A stretch of 64,000 nt of DNA. Source: Balanoglossus misakiensis (lineage: Eukaryota; Animalia; Hemichordata). Below are positions 34,796-50,200 of this stretch, in pieces. How positions within the stretch are numbered: the first letter of the stretch is position 1; each line of letters starts with the position of its first letter. The stretch lies in assembly GCA_040954595.2 (NCBI GenBank), contig CM082588.2, positions 12,475,398 through 12,539,397 of the forward strand, given 5' to 3'. The notes below the pieces were generated by a model. It worked only from the letters and a program-made list of their open reading frames with translations, had not been told where the DNA came from and made no database searches. The position numbers were made by a program, and so were the translations under genes.

Positions 34796-37700
34796 ATATA
34801 CATGTGACTGCAGTGTCTTTCCAATCATGAATTTGCAAGGTGTCCTTCGGAGAAAATCTTCTGATTCTCTTTTCTGATTTGCTTTGCATATATAACTTAA
34901 TGATCTCATTTGTTGGAATTCCCTGTCTCAAATTTTTGATGATCAGTCTCTGCCCCATTGCTCATCGTCCCAACTTTCTTGTGTATTGAAAACCAGGAAT
35001 CAACCAATGCGATCCCAATCCGTGCTTGAACAGTGGTTTCTGCCAGATGACATCTGGATCATGTCAACTGTACACATGTTTCTGTCAGAATTGTTTTCAC
35101 TGGTGACCTTTGTGAACAAAGTAAGTTTTGATTTATTGTCTTGGGTTAATAATTTATACAGTTCAAAGTATCACCATTTCTTTCAATGTGTAGATTTTTT
35201 TGTTTTTCTCTACAAGTGTAATCAAGATCTGCATGAAAATTTGTGTCGCTGTCACCAAACCCAGCTAGTCCATACAACCAACAGTATGAATCACCACCTC
35301 ATGCTGGGCGTAGCCATAGGCTATACATGCCTGCCGGTATCGAAGGCCATTATGAGTATTGGTACCAGACCCCTCTTGAGAATGAATCATGGTTCCACCC
35401 TTATGGTAAAAAGTAAGATTACTCCATGCTAATAAATGACAATATTAGAATGAAAGTACATTCTAAGTGACTTGTTGGGAGCATCGGGCCACTTAATCCC
35501 GAAAAATTGCAATCGGCCTGATTTTCAGTTAACCAATCTAAAGCCCAACTGTTCGTGTATTTAGTTGGGTTTCTAAAACTAACAAATTTATTGACAATAT
35601 TTATAGCATGATGAACACTACTCTCATCAAATAAAATAATGTTGTGTCGTCCACAACTGGTGTAATTTTTATGTGTTTGGAATCGTAGACACCATTTATG
35701 TTTTAGTCAACTCTAAATCTAATATAACAGTCGCGAAAATTGCTATGACAAACAAAAAATGAAGTGCTGACAGGGGACACCCTTGTCAGATCCCTTTGGA
35801 TGGATAACATTTAGAGAAGACATTGCCATTTTTCAAACATCTAGTATGTGATTATACATAGTTTTAACCCTAACGCTGCCAAGTCAGTTTGATATCCAGG
35901 GTGCCTAGAATCCTGGCTCCCAGGCCTGTTAGGCTGCCAAGGGCAAGTTACGCAGTAGGGCCTATACAAGACCCTCAACCCAAACCAGAGCAAACCAGTA
36001 CGATTTAGTACATTTAAGGGGGCTTAGACTGCCAAGTGTGTCTAACATATGAGAGCCATGGCAAGACAGTCAAAATACGTTTATGGAGAAAAAATGGCAA
36101 ATACATATTTTAAGGGACTTGACACTCTAAACAGGTATGACACCTAGTAGCATTAGGGTTAAAATATAACTGCAAGCCAAAATGGTCATCTGAGGTCACC
36201 CGAAATTTGGGCAAAATTGTTTGACCCCATACTGGTCCAGGTCCATCAGAAACCAAACCTGTCGCCTGGAATTAGGTATGCACATAATTAATGAGTTAAG
36301 CAGTTGTACAGGTGACCTCAAAATTCGGCTTTTCATTTTAGTCCCATCCCTCGAAATGCTAAGGCTGTACCTGCTCTGGAGGCCGAGATATGAGAAAGTA
36401 GATCACCTGAGGTCACCCAAAATTTTATGGAAACAATTGGATCCCACACTTGTCCATGTCCAACAGAAACAAAACCTCTAGCCCTATTGGTAAGCCTAGA
36501 ATTAGGTATGCACATAATTAATTAGGTCAAAGGTCAAGGGGTAACAAGTACATGTGTATGCTTCATCCCACCAAATATGAAGTCTGTCGGTCTAATAGTT
36601 ACGTACTTATGAGCATTTATGTTATATATAGTTCAAAGGTCACCAAGGTCACGTGACATTGCGGCGAAATGATTTGGTCCAATAGTTGTACCTGTCCACC
36701 AAAAATCAGCTCCCTAGGTGTATTAGTTAGCGTAGAAGTAGATATGTGTTTTTCAAGGTGGGTCAAAGGTCAAGGGGTCACCCGAAATTTGGCTTCTCAT
36801 TTCGGCCCCTTGGTCAGTCCCTGTTCACTCCATAAATGGAGACATGTTCTGCGCAACCGCAGTACGTGTAACCTCTTGAACTCAGATGTGCACATGCGTA
36901 CAGCAGTCCCTGTTCACACCATAAATGGAGACGTGTTCTGCGCAACCACAGCTGGACCTGTGAAAGATCAAATCCGATCGACCTATTTAGTTTCCGTATA
37001 TTATATTGACCAATGCAGACTAAATCTAATAGAATTACTACATGTAGTATATCGTGTATAATACACACGTTTGGCAATATTGCAGTTTGAGTGTTAGATG
37101 CAGACGTGTATACCCGATCTAAATTTCCGGCCTACACATGTACATGTATCACTGTTCACGTGTACATACACCTTAACTGCGTTCTGAAAATGACATGGTA
37201 TTTTCAAAATGTTACCCCAGATTACCCCATCATGTGAGAGCCATGAAACTCACACCCATTGTCCAGCAGTAGTTAGTTGACTATCCTATTCACTCAAAAC
37301 AAAAAGAACGGGTGTGAAAAAGTCACTAAAACAGCATTGATACAGAGGTGTATAACACTGTCCATGATTTCAAGAGAAAAACATGAACGCAGCCCAGGCA
37401 GATCGGTCACTGTATGTGGCGATATCTTTCTAAGTATTTCACTCAACTTGTACAGACGATGCCATGCTGTCTTCTGGAATGTGCTGGTAACGTCACACAT
37501 CGAAACATATTGATGAAGCCCTTCCCTGCGGCTCGGGCATCATGAATATTATTAAGGTCAAAGATCACCATCCCTTGTGCAGGCAAAAGATCATGATATT
37601 GCCCTTGCTAACATGTGTTATTATTTAAATACGATGTTGTCATAGCTTTACTATGCAGGTATAGTAAAGCCTATGCCTTGGTCCAGACCCCCCATGGTCA

Positions 37701-38375
37701 ATGAAAAAATATGAAATATAATGATCAAAAATCTTCTTCTCAAAATCGGCATACCCTAATTTGAAAATTTCGCCCTTATATGGTCATCAGGTCACTTGAC
37801 TAATTTAACATTCACGGACGTACTGCACCAGATCTCATTGGCCTGCATCATTGTGCCAAATTTGAGAATTGTAGGTTCAGCCGTTTTCAAGATCCTAGTG
37901 GCCGATGAAAGTGCCAAAGAAGAAAAAAATGCCAGCAATACCAATAGGGTCCATAGGGGCTTGGGCCCCTAAAAACCCTAGTAATAACAATAGGGGCCCG
38001 CCCATAGGGGCTTGGGCCCCTAAAAACGCGAGTAATACCAATAGGGGCCCCGCCCATAGGGGCTTGGGCCCCTAATAAGTTAGTTGTAAAGTTATTACTG
38101 AGCTTGAATTTCACTAGCGACTAAAACTAAACAAAAACCAATCAAAGTATCACAAGCTTTATTTTGGTTTGATGTAGGATGTAATATGCTTATAGCACAC
38201 TGCCAAATTAATGTCAACCAATAAGACCGGTAGGATATGATCGAAAACCACACGTATTAATGTGTAAAAGGCCGAACTTCCCAATAAATTTGGGTAGCCG
38301 ACTACAGAGTCGAACCGATGCATGAACTGAAGTATCAAGACACATGGACTATTATTGATTGTTTCAGCAATTTGA

Positions 38376-38985
38376 CGAAGAAGTCTTGTTGAAGTTTTCA
38401 GATGGATTAAGTCAGAGATGTTAGCTGGTGCTGTGTTGTTTAATGCCTTATATGTCATAAGCAAGATCTTGTATTGGATTCTATAGTGTACAGGCAACCA
38501 ATGTAAATCCATGAGAACACGAGTAATATGATCCGTTTTACGGGTATGAGAAACGATCCTGGCTGCAGAATTCAGGGCATGCTGTAGCATGCATGATGAT
38601 GGTAAACCACAGAGTAGTGCATTACAGTAGTCCAGTTTTGATGTGATTAGAGCATGAACCAGCATCTGGCAAACTTCCTTAGTGAGGTAACGGCGAATGT
38701 GGCTGATTTGACGCAGATGGAAGAGAATTGACTTGCAAATTGCATTAATGTGCTTATTGAAAGTGTAATTGTCGTCGAATGTCACACCTATATTCCGTGC
38801 AGAATTCACAATTTGAACACAACATGATCCAATGCTCATGTGGTTTATGGGACGAGGCGAGCGGTTGAACTGAGACCTTATCAGGAGTACCTCGGTTTTG
38901 CCACAATTGAGTTGAAGTTTATTATGTGTCATCCAGGTTTTTATTTCGTGAACTGCCCTTTCCAGTTAAATATCTCAACTAGCCA
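38376..38985 (-). mobile_element. L2/CR1-group LINE fragment, copy 2 (3' end deleted)
   Basis: Same ORF, reading into flanking DNA after RLLR because of a deletion. Confidence 0.9.
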
Positions 38986-41188
38986 TAATGTTTGACTGGG
39001 AGGAGCACCTATACTAATGCGAGAACCAGGGATTGAAAGTTGCACCTGTGTTTTGATCCCTTAGTTACCCTTATAAGTACATTTGTAGTTTAATAACCAT
39101 AGTTCTATTGCAAACCATTCTTTCCGTAGTTTTTTTTTTCAAATATTGTAATCTGAATTTATTTTGGTGTTTAACAGGTGTGATTATCTGTATTGACGGC
39201 CATTTTGAAAAATATTGGTTGCCATGGAAACTCTTCAACAGATATTTAGTGACTCGCTATCTGAATTTGTTCAGTACACATTAACACACATCTGAGCCAA
39301 GTTTGGTATTTTTATCACAAAATACACAATCGATATGAAAATTTGGGTTTTGGTGCTCCACTACATAAGTAACATTAAGGATGTACGTTCAGTAAAATTG
39401 AAAGCATTGTCATTTTTTTTAATTGTGGATTTTTTTATTCTCCTTTGTATGTATAATGAAAATCCGTAATAAAATATAGGGGTCACCGGGCTTGTTTTTG
39501 AAATACAGAGCCATGAGTTTGGTCGATAATAGAAGAAATCTGCTGACTCAGCATTTTTCACCAATGGTTTGTCTATGGGCAAAATTCTTAACACAATTTA
39601 TCTCAAAAAAGAGCGCGGTGACCCCTATATTTTATTTGACCAATGAATTTATATTTGCTGGACTGAGCTATGTGTAAAATTTCGTGAAAATGACAATAGT
39701 AGAAGTTTGTTTTCTGGCGATTATCAATGTAATCCTATGGGAAAAAGACCGGGCGCGCAGTGTTTCTAGTTTATGTTCTGCGCGTACATCCTTGATGAAG
39801 TTTGCTGGCTAGAGGGCTCCTTAACCTCCCTAATATTTGACGTCTTCACTGCTACAGGACTGCGCAGCTGGAAGTTATAGTTCAGCATGTTCTGAAGCAT
39901 GCACGCTGTGTCCAAGGGTTTCATGTGTGGAACAGCCAGCCTCTCATCACCAACACAATGTGGACAGGGATATTTTGCCAACAATGGAAGTATAGACTGT
40001 ATGCCTTGTCCTGCCCCGGGTATAAGTGCCAATATGATGGTATGTCGGAGCCAGAGGTGTGTGAAGATGTATACTACACTAATATAGAGGGTGAGTCAGC
40101 ACTTAAAATTTGGGCATTACTGTGTAATCTTTCACTTAAGGCGGACGATCATCTTATGTGCATGTGCGTAATTCTGTGCGTACAAACATTACGTCCAGTC
40201 CAAATATTCTGCCAATTTTACATCCAATGCATTCAAATAGTGGACGGCTTCGCTTTCATCCAGTTTTCATGTGCATCGTATAAGTAGACTTTTGTTTTGT
40301 CCCGTCTTTTCACCGAATTTGCTCTTTTCCAAATCTCCGACACAGACTATGATCGTCACGATCTTGTCTGTTGTTAGAACAGCACACTGTCATATGGCAT
40401 TGACTGTATACAGTTTCTGTTACCAATATCTCTGGTTTGTCATTTTCCTGTCCTCAATCTTTTGCCAGGGATTTTTGTCTCCCCAACCCGCGTGAGAATC
40501 CCACGTCTTTGAAGGTATGACTGTGACTATAAGATTCTATAAATCTCTGTTTATTTTCAGCACAAACATCATGTGCTGATTGGCCAACTGGTAACCAATG
40601 TCCAAATGGTAACACTGTGATTTTATGCTCGGCTGGTTATTACAGTTCGGCCTTGGACAAAGGATGTCTCGCTGTACCTCTTGCATAACAGGTAAACTTC
40701 TACCCACCCACCTTTATTTCCAACATCAAACATTAGGTCAGGTAATTTACTAACTGAAAAATAGGATGGGAACATTTTCCATTTCTGTATTTAAAATTTA
40801 CTGATATAATATATGAATGAAAAAATGACAAATTTTCCAAATTTGAATAGACCTCTATTTATGAAAATAATTAAAATTTGCGCCAAATTTTTACAGTGGT
40901 ATTTAAAGGTTAACTTGGTGTGTTAATTCTTTGTTTGATTTACAGATCAGCCGGTGCTGAACAGTGTACTATTTGTGATCAAGGGTACGCCTGCACAGAT
41001 CCCAGTGCATCGCAGTTCAAGTGTACCAAGGGTTACGTGTAATTGGCTAGTGCAACAAACTGTACCAGATGTACAAATGGTAAGATTGTGGTACTTGTTC
41101 AGTTTGCTGTGTGATGAAACTGAGGGGTATGTCTGTATGCATGTATGTGTTTACAACAGATTTTCAAGTCAGTGCGACTGGGGTTATG

Positions 41189-41219
<31 letters not shown>

Positions 41220-44200
41220 CTGTGCTTACAACAGATTATCAACTCAGTGCGAGATCTTGCGAGACCCGGTTAGCCATGTGAGATCTCGCAGAGTCTTATG
41301 ATATTCAGAAAATGGTTGATTAGAAATGACGTTTAATGTCCTCCAAAGAATTTTCTACATGCCTGTATACTTGTCTCAGAATTATGAAGTGAATCATCTC
41401 AAGTAATTTGTTATTTTAAATGACACTGTATCACAAATACTTCACTAAAAACCTCATTTTCTTTGATCAGATGAAATAAGTGAGGAGCCTGCACGCACAT
41501 CCCATCTTCTGTGCCCTGCTGCCCATCGTGTTCAGATCCAATGTAAGATCCGCTTGACTGTGGCAATGGTGAATATACTATGGAAGGCGACGGCACATGC
41601 ACGCCTTGTCCAGCAGGATCCAAGTGTCCAACCATGTCACCCGTAGTGGATTGTTCAACAGTTACTGGTAAGTTGGGCTGCAAATCACTCTTGTGACTTC
41701 CCTGTGTTATAGCATGACATACACAGAAAATTAAACTGTTATGCTCATTGGAGTTGATATTGTGATGCACTTTGAAAAACACAATGATTCCACTGAAGAG
41801 GTATTGTACAGTAACACCTGTGATTACGGACATCTCTCTAATAAGGGATCGTTGGACCAAACCAATCGTTCTTTGATTTTTTTCTGTGATAGGTTCATAC
41901 TCGCTAGGTTCGGCCACGTCCTTCTGGTTATGAATGCACAACTACAAGTGTCACACAGTGCGCTACAGGGCAGTAAAGTGTTGAAGGAGGTAAGTCTTGA
42001 AATCTCTTTTCTTCTGGTCTCGATTTGAACATGGTTCCACAAGTTGTTTACATCACTTGTAGTTTTACATATTTTTTGAGTTCAACAGCTATGCTATACA
42101 TGGTGTCCTGAGAAGTCGACCAGTATGAGAAGTCGGTATCGGCCAGTACGAGAAGTCGGCCTGTGGGAGAGAACCCTGGTACTTTGTGTTATATATAACT
42201 GTTTCACTACGAAATGTTTCCTTGATGTACAGGAGCTGAGATATTTGTACAAATAGCCGATGAATTTTAAAACTGTCTGTTCACTTTGCATGTACGTCAC
42301 CGGGGTACGTCAACATCAGTCACCTGCACTTCTTGCGCTGCGCCAGTAGTCAGTTCCTCGTCACGTTTGTTTGTTTGGTGTTGTCTCAAAGTATGCATAT
42401 ACACATACATCTTCTATGTATTTTAGTAGGCTTTGAAACAACTCCCTGTAAAGGGACAAAGTCTCTCTCTCGCTGCCCTTTTTCCATTAATAATATTTGA
42501 TACAAGACACCATTTATTTATTCTAAATGTGGATATATAGTGAATCAACGTTCAACCACACACAACTTCAATCCAACTTGTAGACACGAGAGTGAAAAAC
42601 TTGCCAAAATGAATAATCGGTGTTTACCATTTATTCATTTTGGCGGGATTTTTACACTCATATCCTACAAACGGGATGGAATTTGTCTGTAGTTGAATGT
42701 GGATTCTCAATATATCCACATGTAGAATAATGTGAACGGTGTCTTGTATCAAACATAATTAATGGAAAAAGGTTCGCGCGAGAGAGACTTTGTCCCTTTA
42801 ATCAGAAATGTCACAGGAATTTGGCGAACAACCTAAGCTCCTTACGCGGATACGGGGCTGGGGAACCGGTACGGATGCCAGACGCCATTATTTGAAATGA
42901 CGCCATTGTGTTGTCAAGAATTTGGGAAATCCGTCCAAATGAAAATATTTAGTGCAATTATATTTTATTAAGTGTTGTTATAAGTAATCTGGGTCATCAC
43001 TGCACTATTCGGGTACAAGTTCAACAACTGGCCGACTTCTCGTACTGGCCGACTTCTCATACGCGCGTACTGGCCGACTTCTAATCTGGCCGACTTCTCA
43101 TGTATTCCTATACATTAGTGAAAATTGGGGAAACTGGTGTTTTTCAGACAACTTATGAAGTCCCTTTCGCAATATTAACTCTAAAACAGCGGGTGATATT
43201 CCTTTTAAAATTTAACCAAATAAGCATACTTGAACTCTGTCATATCGGCAAAACACTCACTACACAAGCTGCTGTTATTCTACAGACATGACATGTGCTG
43301 ATTGCGGCGTAGGTAACTACTGTCCAGATGGGTCAGACAGCCCCATTCCTTGTCCATCAAGTTATTATGCTGACACAGCCACAGAAGTATCCTGTACCCC
43401 TTGCGATCCAGGCTGTCAGTGTGCAGCAACATCACCCACTTGCCTGCACATCAAGAACCTACTCTCTGGGACCATCAACAACATGTACTCCCCTTCTACC
43501 AGGTTTGTAGTCGTCTTAGTCGTAAAAACATATTTAAGGTGTTGCGCACCTCGAAATAAAGGGTCGTCTGATCATGTTTAAATTAATACTGATGATACTA
43601 TGACTTCTAAACATTTAATCTATGGAATAAAAATTGGGGGTCAACCATCTAGAGTTTTGAAAAAGTGCCCTTTATCTAGCACCTCTTTCAGATTTTGCCA
43701 GGCTCGTAGATTTTTGTAAAATGGCCTCAAAAATAAGAATTTTGGGAGGTTTGTCATATTTTTTCACCATTGTAGAATCTAAATGTTCTGAATTATTTTA
43801 TTTTTAGCAATTTTGAGATTGATTCATGTTCAGTATGATAATCGCATGTCAATACAACTGTTACATTAAAGGAAAAGTTCAAATCCGCCTAAAACCACAT
43901 TGCATTGGTACCTAGTTAAGTTGTCCTCACTTCTGACGCAAAATTTTGATGTGCAATGCACGTGTCTGTGAAATTGACGAATAAAAAAATTGTATACCAG
44001 TGCAAAATTAAAAACTCCCTGTGCAGCTATCTTGGCAACTGCATGCTGGGAAAAGTACTCGGTTGATGACGAAAAAGTTTCGGGGTTCCGTGTAGTGCTA
44101 CCCCGGAATACAATGTTGGGTGCAGACTACAACTATGGAAAAGAGATGCAGAATGTCATGTGATATAGTAGTGAAAACAAATACATGTTGGTTCACGTAT

Positions 44201-44897
44201 TTCAGCTCTCAGCAATCAGGGTGCATTGAAAGGCCTTGATTGGTGTGATATTCACAATTGATTATTATAAATACTTACAGTTGCATACTGTTTTATTTTG
44301 TAAATATTGTGTACATTTGCAGCAATGAATCCGTGCGAACACAAACCCATGCCGGATGCTGGTACTTGCCAAGCAATCCAGGGATCTTGTACAGGCGTCA
44401 CATGTCAATGTGCTGGCTGCTACCTGGGTTTCACATGTGAAACACCTGAGTACAGTACTTTGTCATTTATTAAAAAATCTAAGTGCTGAGGTACATTGTA
44501 GTAATAATAGCAGGTGTAGTCATTATCATCATCTTCATCATCATCATCTTTAAGTCAGTCATATGATCGGTAATAAAAACAGTAAAATCACCAGTATAAA
44601 AACATAACAGAGAAATAATGAACGTGTACTGGTGTTACCATAGGTAAGTGTTGTATAAAACTTTGAATTCCTGTCTTCCAGTTCCTAATCCATGCTTCAC
44701 TAGTCCTTGTCTCAATGGAGGTACCTGCCAACAACAGGCAAATTCTTGTACTGCCACCATTGGCATGTGCACAGAGTGTTACTAGGGAACCAGGTGTGAG
44801 ACAAGTAAGTTTGAATCTATAGCAGTTAATAATGATAATTATCATTTTTTTTATGATGATTTAAACTTCACTGATGTTGTACAAACACAAAAATAGA

Positions 44898-44933
<36 letters not shown>

Positions 44934-46393
44934 TTATTTGTATAGCGTCAGTATCCACAAAAAATGTGATCAATGACGCTTAAAGCAAAAGTACAATACA
45001 ACAAATGGCTAAAAAAACAGATTTAAAAAGTAAAGTTTTAACATTTGATTTAAAAACAGATAAGTCTGGTGCCTGGCGAATGGTGAGTGGAAGATTATTC
45101 CAAAGAATTGGAGCAGCAACAGTAAAAGCACGATCACCATAACTCTTGGTGCGTGATCGAACAAGGCAGAGTTTGAACTGATCAGCTGACCTTAAATTGC
45201 GACACGGAACATATAGATTAGTCATGCTAGAAAGATAGATTGGACCAAGTTTATGAATGGATTTAAAAATGAGAACTAACATCTTAAAAACAATACGCTC
45301 TGTAACAGGTAGCCAGTGCAACTGATACAAAATTGAAGTGATGTGACAGGTGATTTTTGAATGAGTAACAATTAGAAAGGGACAGCAGCTTAGCTCTATT
45401 CCGTTTCCAAAGTGTTTGTTCTTTTAAACTACCTGTGCATTTTTTTTATTTATTCTGATTATGCTAATATGCTAATTTGTCAGTTTGTCACATCACAATT
45501 TTTGTAGGAAACTCACCCCTGGGAATTTTTTTCAGCCACTTACATACATTCATAATCACATGACATTGATGATCATGGAAAATTTGACCCTTTTCCTTGT
45601 AGGACTCAACCAGTGTCCACCAAATCCGTGCCAGAATGGTGGCTTCTGTCAACCGGCTCGAAATTCCTGCTTTGATCTCACCTGCATATGTACTGGTTGC
45701 TACAAAGGTGATAGGTGTGAGATATGTAAGTATACAGCGCAGTCTCTTTTACCTTTTGTCTCTGATGCATTCAAATACTGCATGTTTCCTGAGCATAGGT
45801 GTAGCCATCACCACAGCAGAGCTTGGAGAGTTCTTGACATCGAATGCAAGATTACACTCTTCCCAATCAAAATCACTTTCGTAGCGCATAATGTCTTGAT
45901 TGTCTTAGTTCAAGAAACATTATGCGCGACTGGCCAATTTTACTGCCTTTTGTCAACACACATCCACTATGGAAATTCTCACTCCAGGCCAGATAGTGTA
46001 AATTTGCATATGAGTCTACAGGTATGCTTGAAGTCAAGTCAAGCATTTGCAAGGAACCCTCCTCCAGTACACAGGTCTTTGATTTCATGAAGGGAAGCCC
46101 TTGCCTCACAGTCACTGCCACATGATCTATGGAGGTGTGAACAACTTGATACCAGCCTAATATAAGTTGTAGGCACAATCACTCCACACACCCTTGCCAT
46201 AATTCTGCAAGGTTTTTGCCATATCTGTACTGTAGAATGAGTAGCAATGAATAAAATGGCGTCCTTTCTTAATTTCCAGTGCAAAACCCCTGTGATCCCA
46301 ACCCATGTATGAATGGCGGATTTTGCCAGCAAACATCGTGCAATTCTATTCATGCCAGTGTGTGAACTCTTACACAGGTGACATCTGTCAAAC

Positions 46394-47282
46394 CATAGAC
46401 CCTAGAGAAAGAAGGACGAGCAACTGCGGCAAAGATCAAAGGGTTTGGGGATTATCTGTATGATGATGTTCTTTTGCATATAATTAACACCCAGGACAGT
46501 TGGACAATGACTTCCTTACTTCGGCACGTGTCGACCCCACCAGTGATGCGAAAACTTGCCACCAAACTGGCACTCCTGCATTTCAGCAGCCACTGCGTTT
46601 TTTTCTAAAATTCTAAAAGTATTACGATGTCTGTGCTAATTATTATGGTTTGGTGTTCGTCTGTCGGTTGAACGGTCATTTCTAGTGCCACAAGCTTCAT
46701 TTAAAAATTGTAAACAAATCATCCATGTTTTTTGCATGTCCGACTGGGCACTCATATTTCTTGGTAACGCTAACACTTTTCTTAATAATTTTATGTTTGT
46801 GTGAAGCATTGAAATAAAAAGTGTGGTTTAGGGGCATTTTATTTCGCAGTGCGTGAACAATAAAACAGATTTCACGAAAACAATTTGTAAACAAACTGGG
46901 TGGATTTTCATGTGTGCGCTATGGCCGCCAGGCAACCCTCGGTACGGTTAGCTCACAACCTTGTGAAATACCCGGACTGTTAGACAAAAGATGCTTGTTT
47001 TGGACGCTGTCAGACTCAGAGGTGCCAAATTCCTGTTTAACTTGTCCAGATGTGTTCCATAAATGATCGCTGCGTTCAACCACGTTGCACTTTTCTCGTC
47101 TTCTGCGAGATGTTCTAAGGTGTTTGTGACAACTTCACGCAAAACGCGAGACTTTGCGTTAGTTTATACACAGTTTATTTGCAAATTGGATTATTGGGAT
47201 TTACCTGGAAATAATGTATGCAAAAGAACATCATTTCAAGAAAAAACTGGAGTTGCGCGTCCTTCTTTCTCTAGTGTCCATG
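46394..47282. mobile_element. P-like TIR element, copy 3
   Basis: Same TIRs and gtcaaac TSD. Confidence 0.8.
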
Positions 47283-50200
47283 GTCAAACAAGTGAGTATA
47301 TACTTTCAAGACACCCTGCAAACAAACAAGCAATCTTCATTCCGTAGATCTTTAAGCATATTTATGCATTGTAAATTTTGATGTGAAACTTCAAATTTTA
47401 TTGGTCTTGTTGCCAAACTTCTGAAGAAATGAGGATATTGTTTTGAAGGGTATTTTATCAGTAGATAACAAATACCATGGCCCTCCATGCAAATACCCAC
47501 ATGGTAAATTAAAACTGTTGCAGGTGTATTTGATTTCCACATATGGATTACATGTGGGATAATATTGGGTGCTGGCAGTTTCAGTAAATGAACTGCTCTA
47601 TTGCTGAGATAACAATAGGTTGCACTTTTTATTGCAGTCCAAGATCCATGCCAGCGAAACAGCTGTCTCAACGGGGCTGTATGTAATGCAGTGGCCAACT
47701 CCTGCACGGCATATACCTGTGCCTGTACTGGTTGCTATGAGGGTAACCGTTGTGAAATATGTAAGTTTCTGACGTACCGTAAATGACAATCTTTTGGGCA
47801 CTTTCTCTTCATAGCAATTGAATTGTGTGGTAACTTCTCATTTCTAAAATTTCCCCAAGAGAAAAGAAAGGAAAAGAAAACAGAAATTTCATTTGTATGT
47901 CCGTGCAATTTAGGATAGGCACGAACTTGTGAGGAAGTGTACGAAGCTGGATGTTTTCATCACTCAAATATACAAGAGTTGCCTCTTGAAGACTAGTGTC
48001 TGTAGAGATAATTGTGCAGGTGAGGTAATCTCTCCTAAGGTGGTGCACACATCTGAGTATTAAGTAAAAGAGACGTCCTTAATTATCCTTACTATTTGGC
48101 TTGAAAAATCAATCTTACTAGGTGTTCTGATTAGAGAGGTGTCCATGAGGTGACTACACCTGTTACTGCCAGTAGTGTTGGACTGGGGCCATCTGTGTCG
48201 TAGGTGTGTCGAATTACTGTTTTATGACACAGCGTGGTATATAAACCCTCATTTTTGGTATTCTCAATGTGATAGATGGACCCATACACCAATAAATGGG
48301 GTGGAAGCATTACTAAGTTTCATCCTTTCAAAATTTGCTGATGTAGGGTCAAAATTGAGTGTGAGGTGCACGTTAAAAAGGAAAGCCTTCTGTATCATGT
48401 TGATGGCACATTTTTTAATTTTTCAAGATTCTTACAGAAAAATCCTAGCAATAGCATCATTATGTTTTTTTAAATGTACAGGTTTGAAACAAGGAATGAA
48501 GACATTGCTCACATATTTAAACGAAATGAACATCACAAGTACATGTACAAGTTTTTGACAAGCAGGTAATTGATACTTTCATTTTTGTTTTGGCAGCCAT
48601 TGATCAGTTATACTCTATGCCTTGTCAAAATGGTGGCACATGCGTTGCGCGAGATGGCTGTTTCCTGTTTGACTGTATGTGTACCGAATGCTTCACTGGT
48701 GCCACATGTACAATGCGTAAGTACAAACCAATATTATTTTATTCAATGCAAAACACTTGTTATGTATTATATAATATAAGTACGGTACACATATTAAAGC
48801 CCTGGTAACTCAAACTTTGGGCTAGCTTAATGTTATCACTATTTTTGTTTTCGGTTGCAACTGTGGTTTCTTGTCACACTCTAAAGGATTTCACAGCATT
48901 TGGTTTTTCAAAACAGCCCTTTGGTTGTTGTCATGTATACATGTACATGACTGTGGAGTGTAGTTTGTAGATTCTGTAATTTTGACAATATCTTGACTGC
49001 ACATCCCACAGCTGTCAACCAGTGTCAACCCATCCAGTGTCGGAATGGTGGAAACTGTGTGCTGACGCCCAATTGGTGTACTGAATTCACATGCTCCTGT
49101 ACAAGCTGTTACTCCGGCGATTTATGTCAGACATGTGAGTGATTTTAAATTTCAGATGAAGAGGGACATAATAACATAACACATAATCGGCTTGGTTTCT
49201 TCCAACCTGTATCAAACAGTGAATAACGACACAATTTTGGGGAAATTTATTAAGAATGTGTGTGCCATAAAAAGGGATTGTGTTTTTGACCAAACAATAA
49301 CCTGCACCGTATGGTACACTAAGACACTATTACACCTGTGTCAAAATTTCATTACGTTTCTTTTGTTGAACATGGAAGAAATTTGTCACAGTGATGTTCT
49401 GTTGACCAACTGAGATTTTTACCACTCAACCCTGACTGCACAAATCTGTTTAAAGTATATGTAGTAAATATTAACTGTACACAATTTATATCACTTTCTC
49501 TTCTGTGCACAGATTTGAATCCGTGTCAGCCCAACCCTTGTCTAAACAGTGGATTCTGCCAGCAAGTGTCCTGCACCGAGTTCAGATGCCAGAGTCCGCG
49601 CTGTTTCATCGGAAGCACGTGCGCTGAACGTAAGCAAACCAGTGTCAGATTTCCCGCACAAAGTAGAAATCGCTGGGCTTTGTCATTGATATTGTCTCAA
49701 TAAAGTTGCCTGTGATTGTGCAGCTAACCAAGAGACTTATATGCACTACCGTAGCCATGATGAATATTTTCATTGACTCAAATGCTCATCAGTGTAGATG
49801 TTGCTATTTTTCCAACCGTAAATTGAAACATCAGAAAGTTATGACATCAACTACCCCCACCCCCACCCCACCCCACCCCCAACTAGTAAATATTATAAGA
49901 TGCTGTAATTATGATAAAGATGGTAGCACCAAGCTTGGATCAAGTGGTCTTCATTATCCGTCACACATGAACATGATCACATGGATGTGCAATCTTCTGA
50001 CAGTCTGCTACAGATTTCACTTCCCACTCAAGTGTGTAAGACCCTAATGTGATACTTTTCATTTCTCTCACCCTTAGCGATCAACCAGTGTCTTCTAAAC
50101 CCATGTCTGAATAACGGAGTGTATCAGCCACTTCAAGGCTCCTGCTCAATCTACACCTGCAACTGTCCAACCTGCTACACTGGGCAAACATGTGTTACAT

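Larger units (their letters stand above)
20392..35120 (+). pseudogene. Cys-rich/EGF gene fragment, copy 2 (lacks second exon)
   Basis: Same exons as copy 1; exon B deleted; EGF4 in frame and EGF1 donor intact in this copy. Confidence 0.88.
19565..39031. repeat. ~19.5-kb tandem repeat unit, copy 2 (two ~0.4-kb deletions, one 0.8-kb MITE insertion)
   Basis: Colinear with copy 1; deletion junctions near 20810 and 38376; insertion at 31537-32331. Confidence 0.98.
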
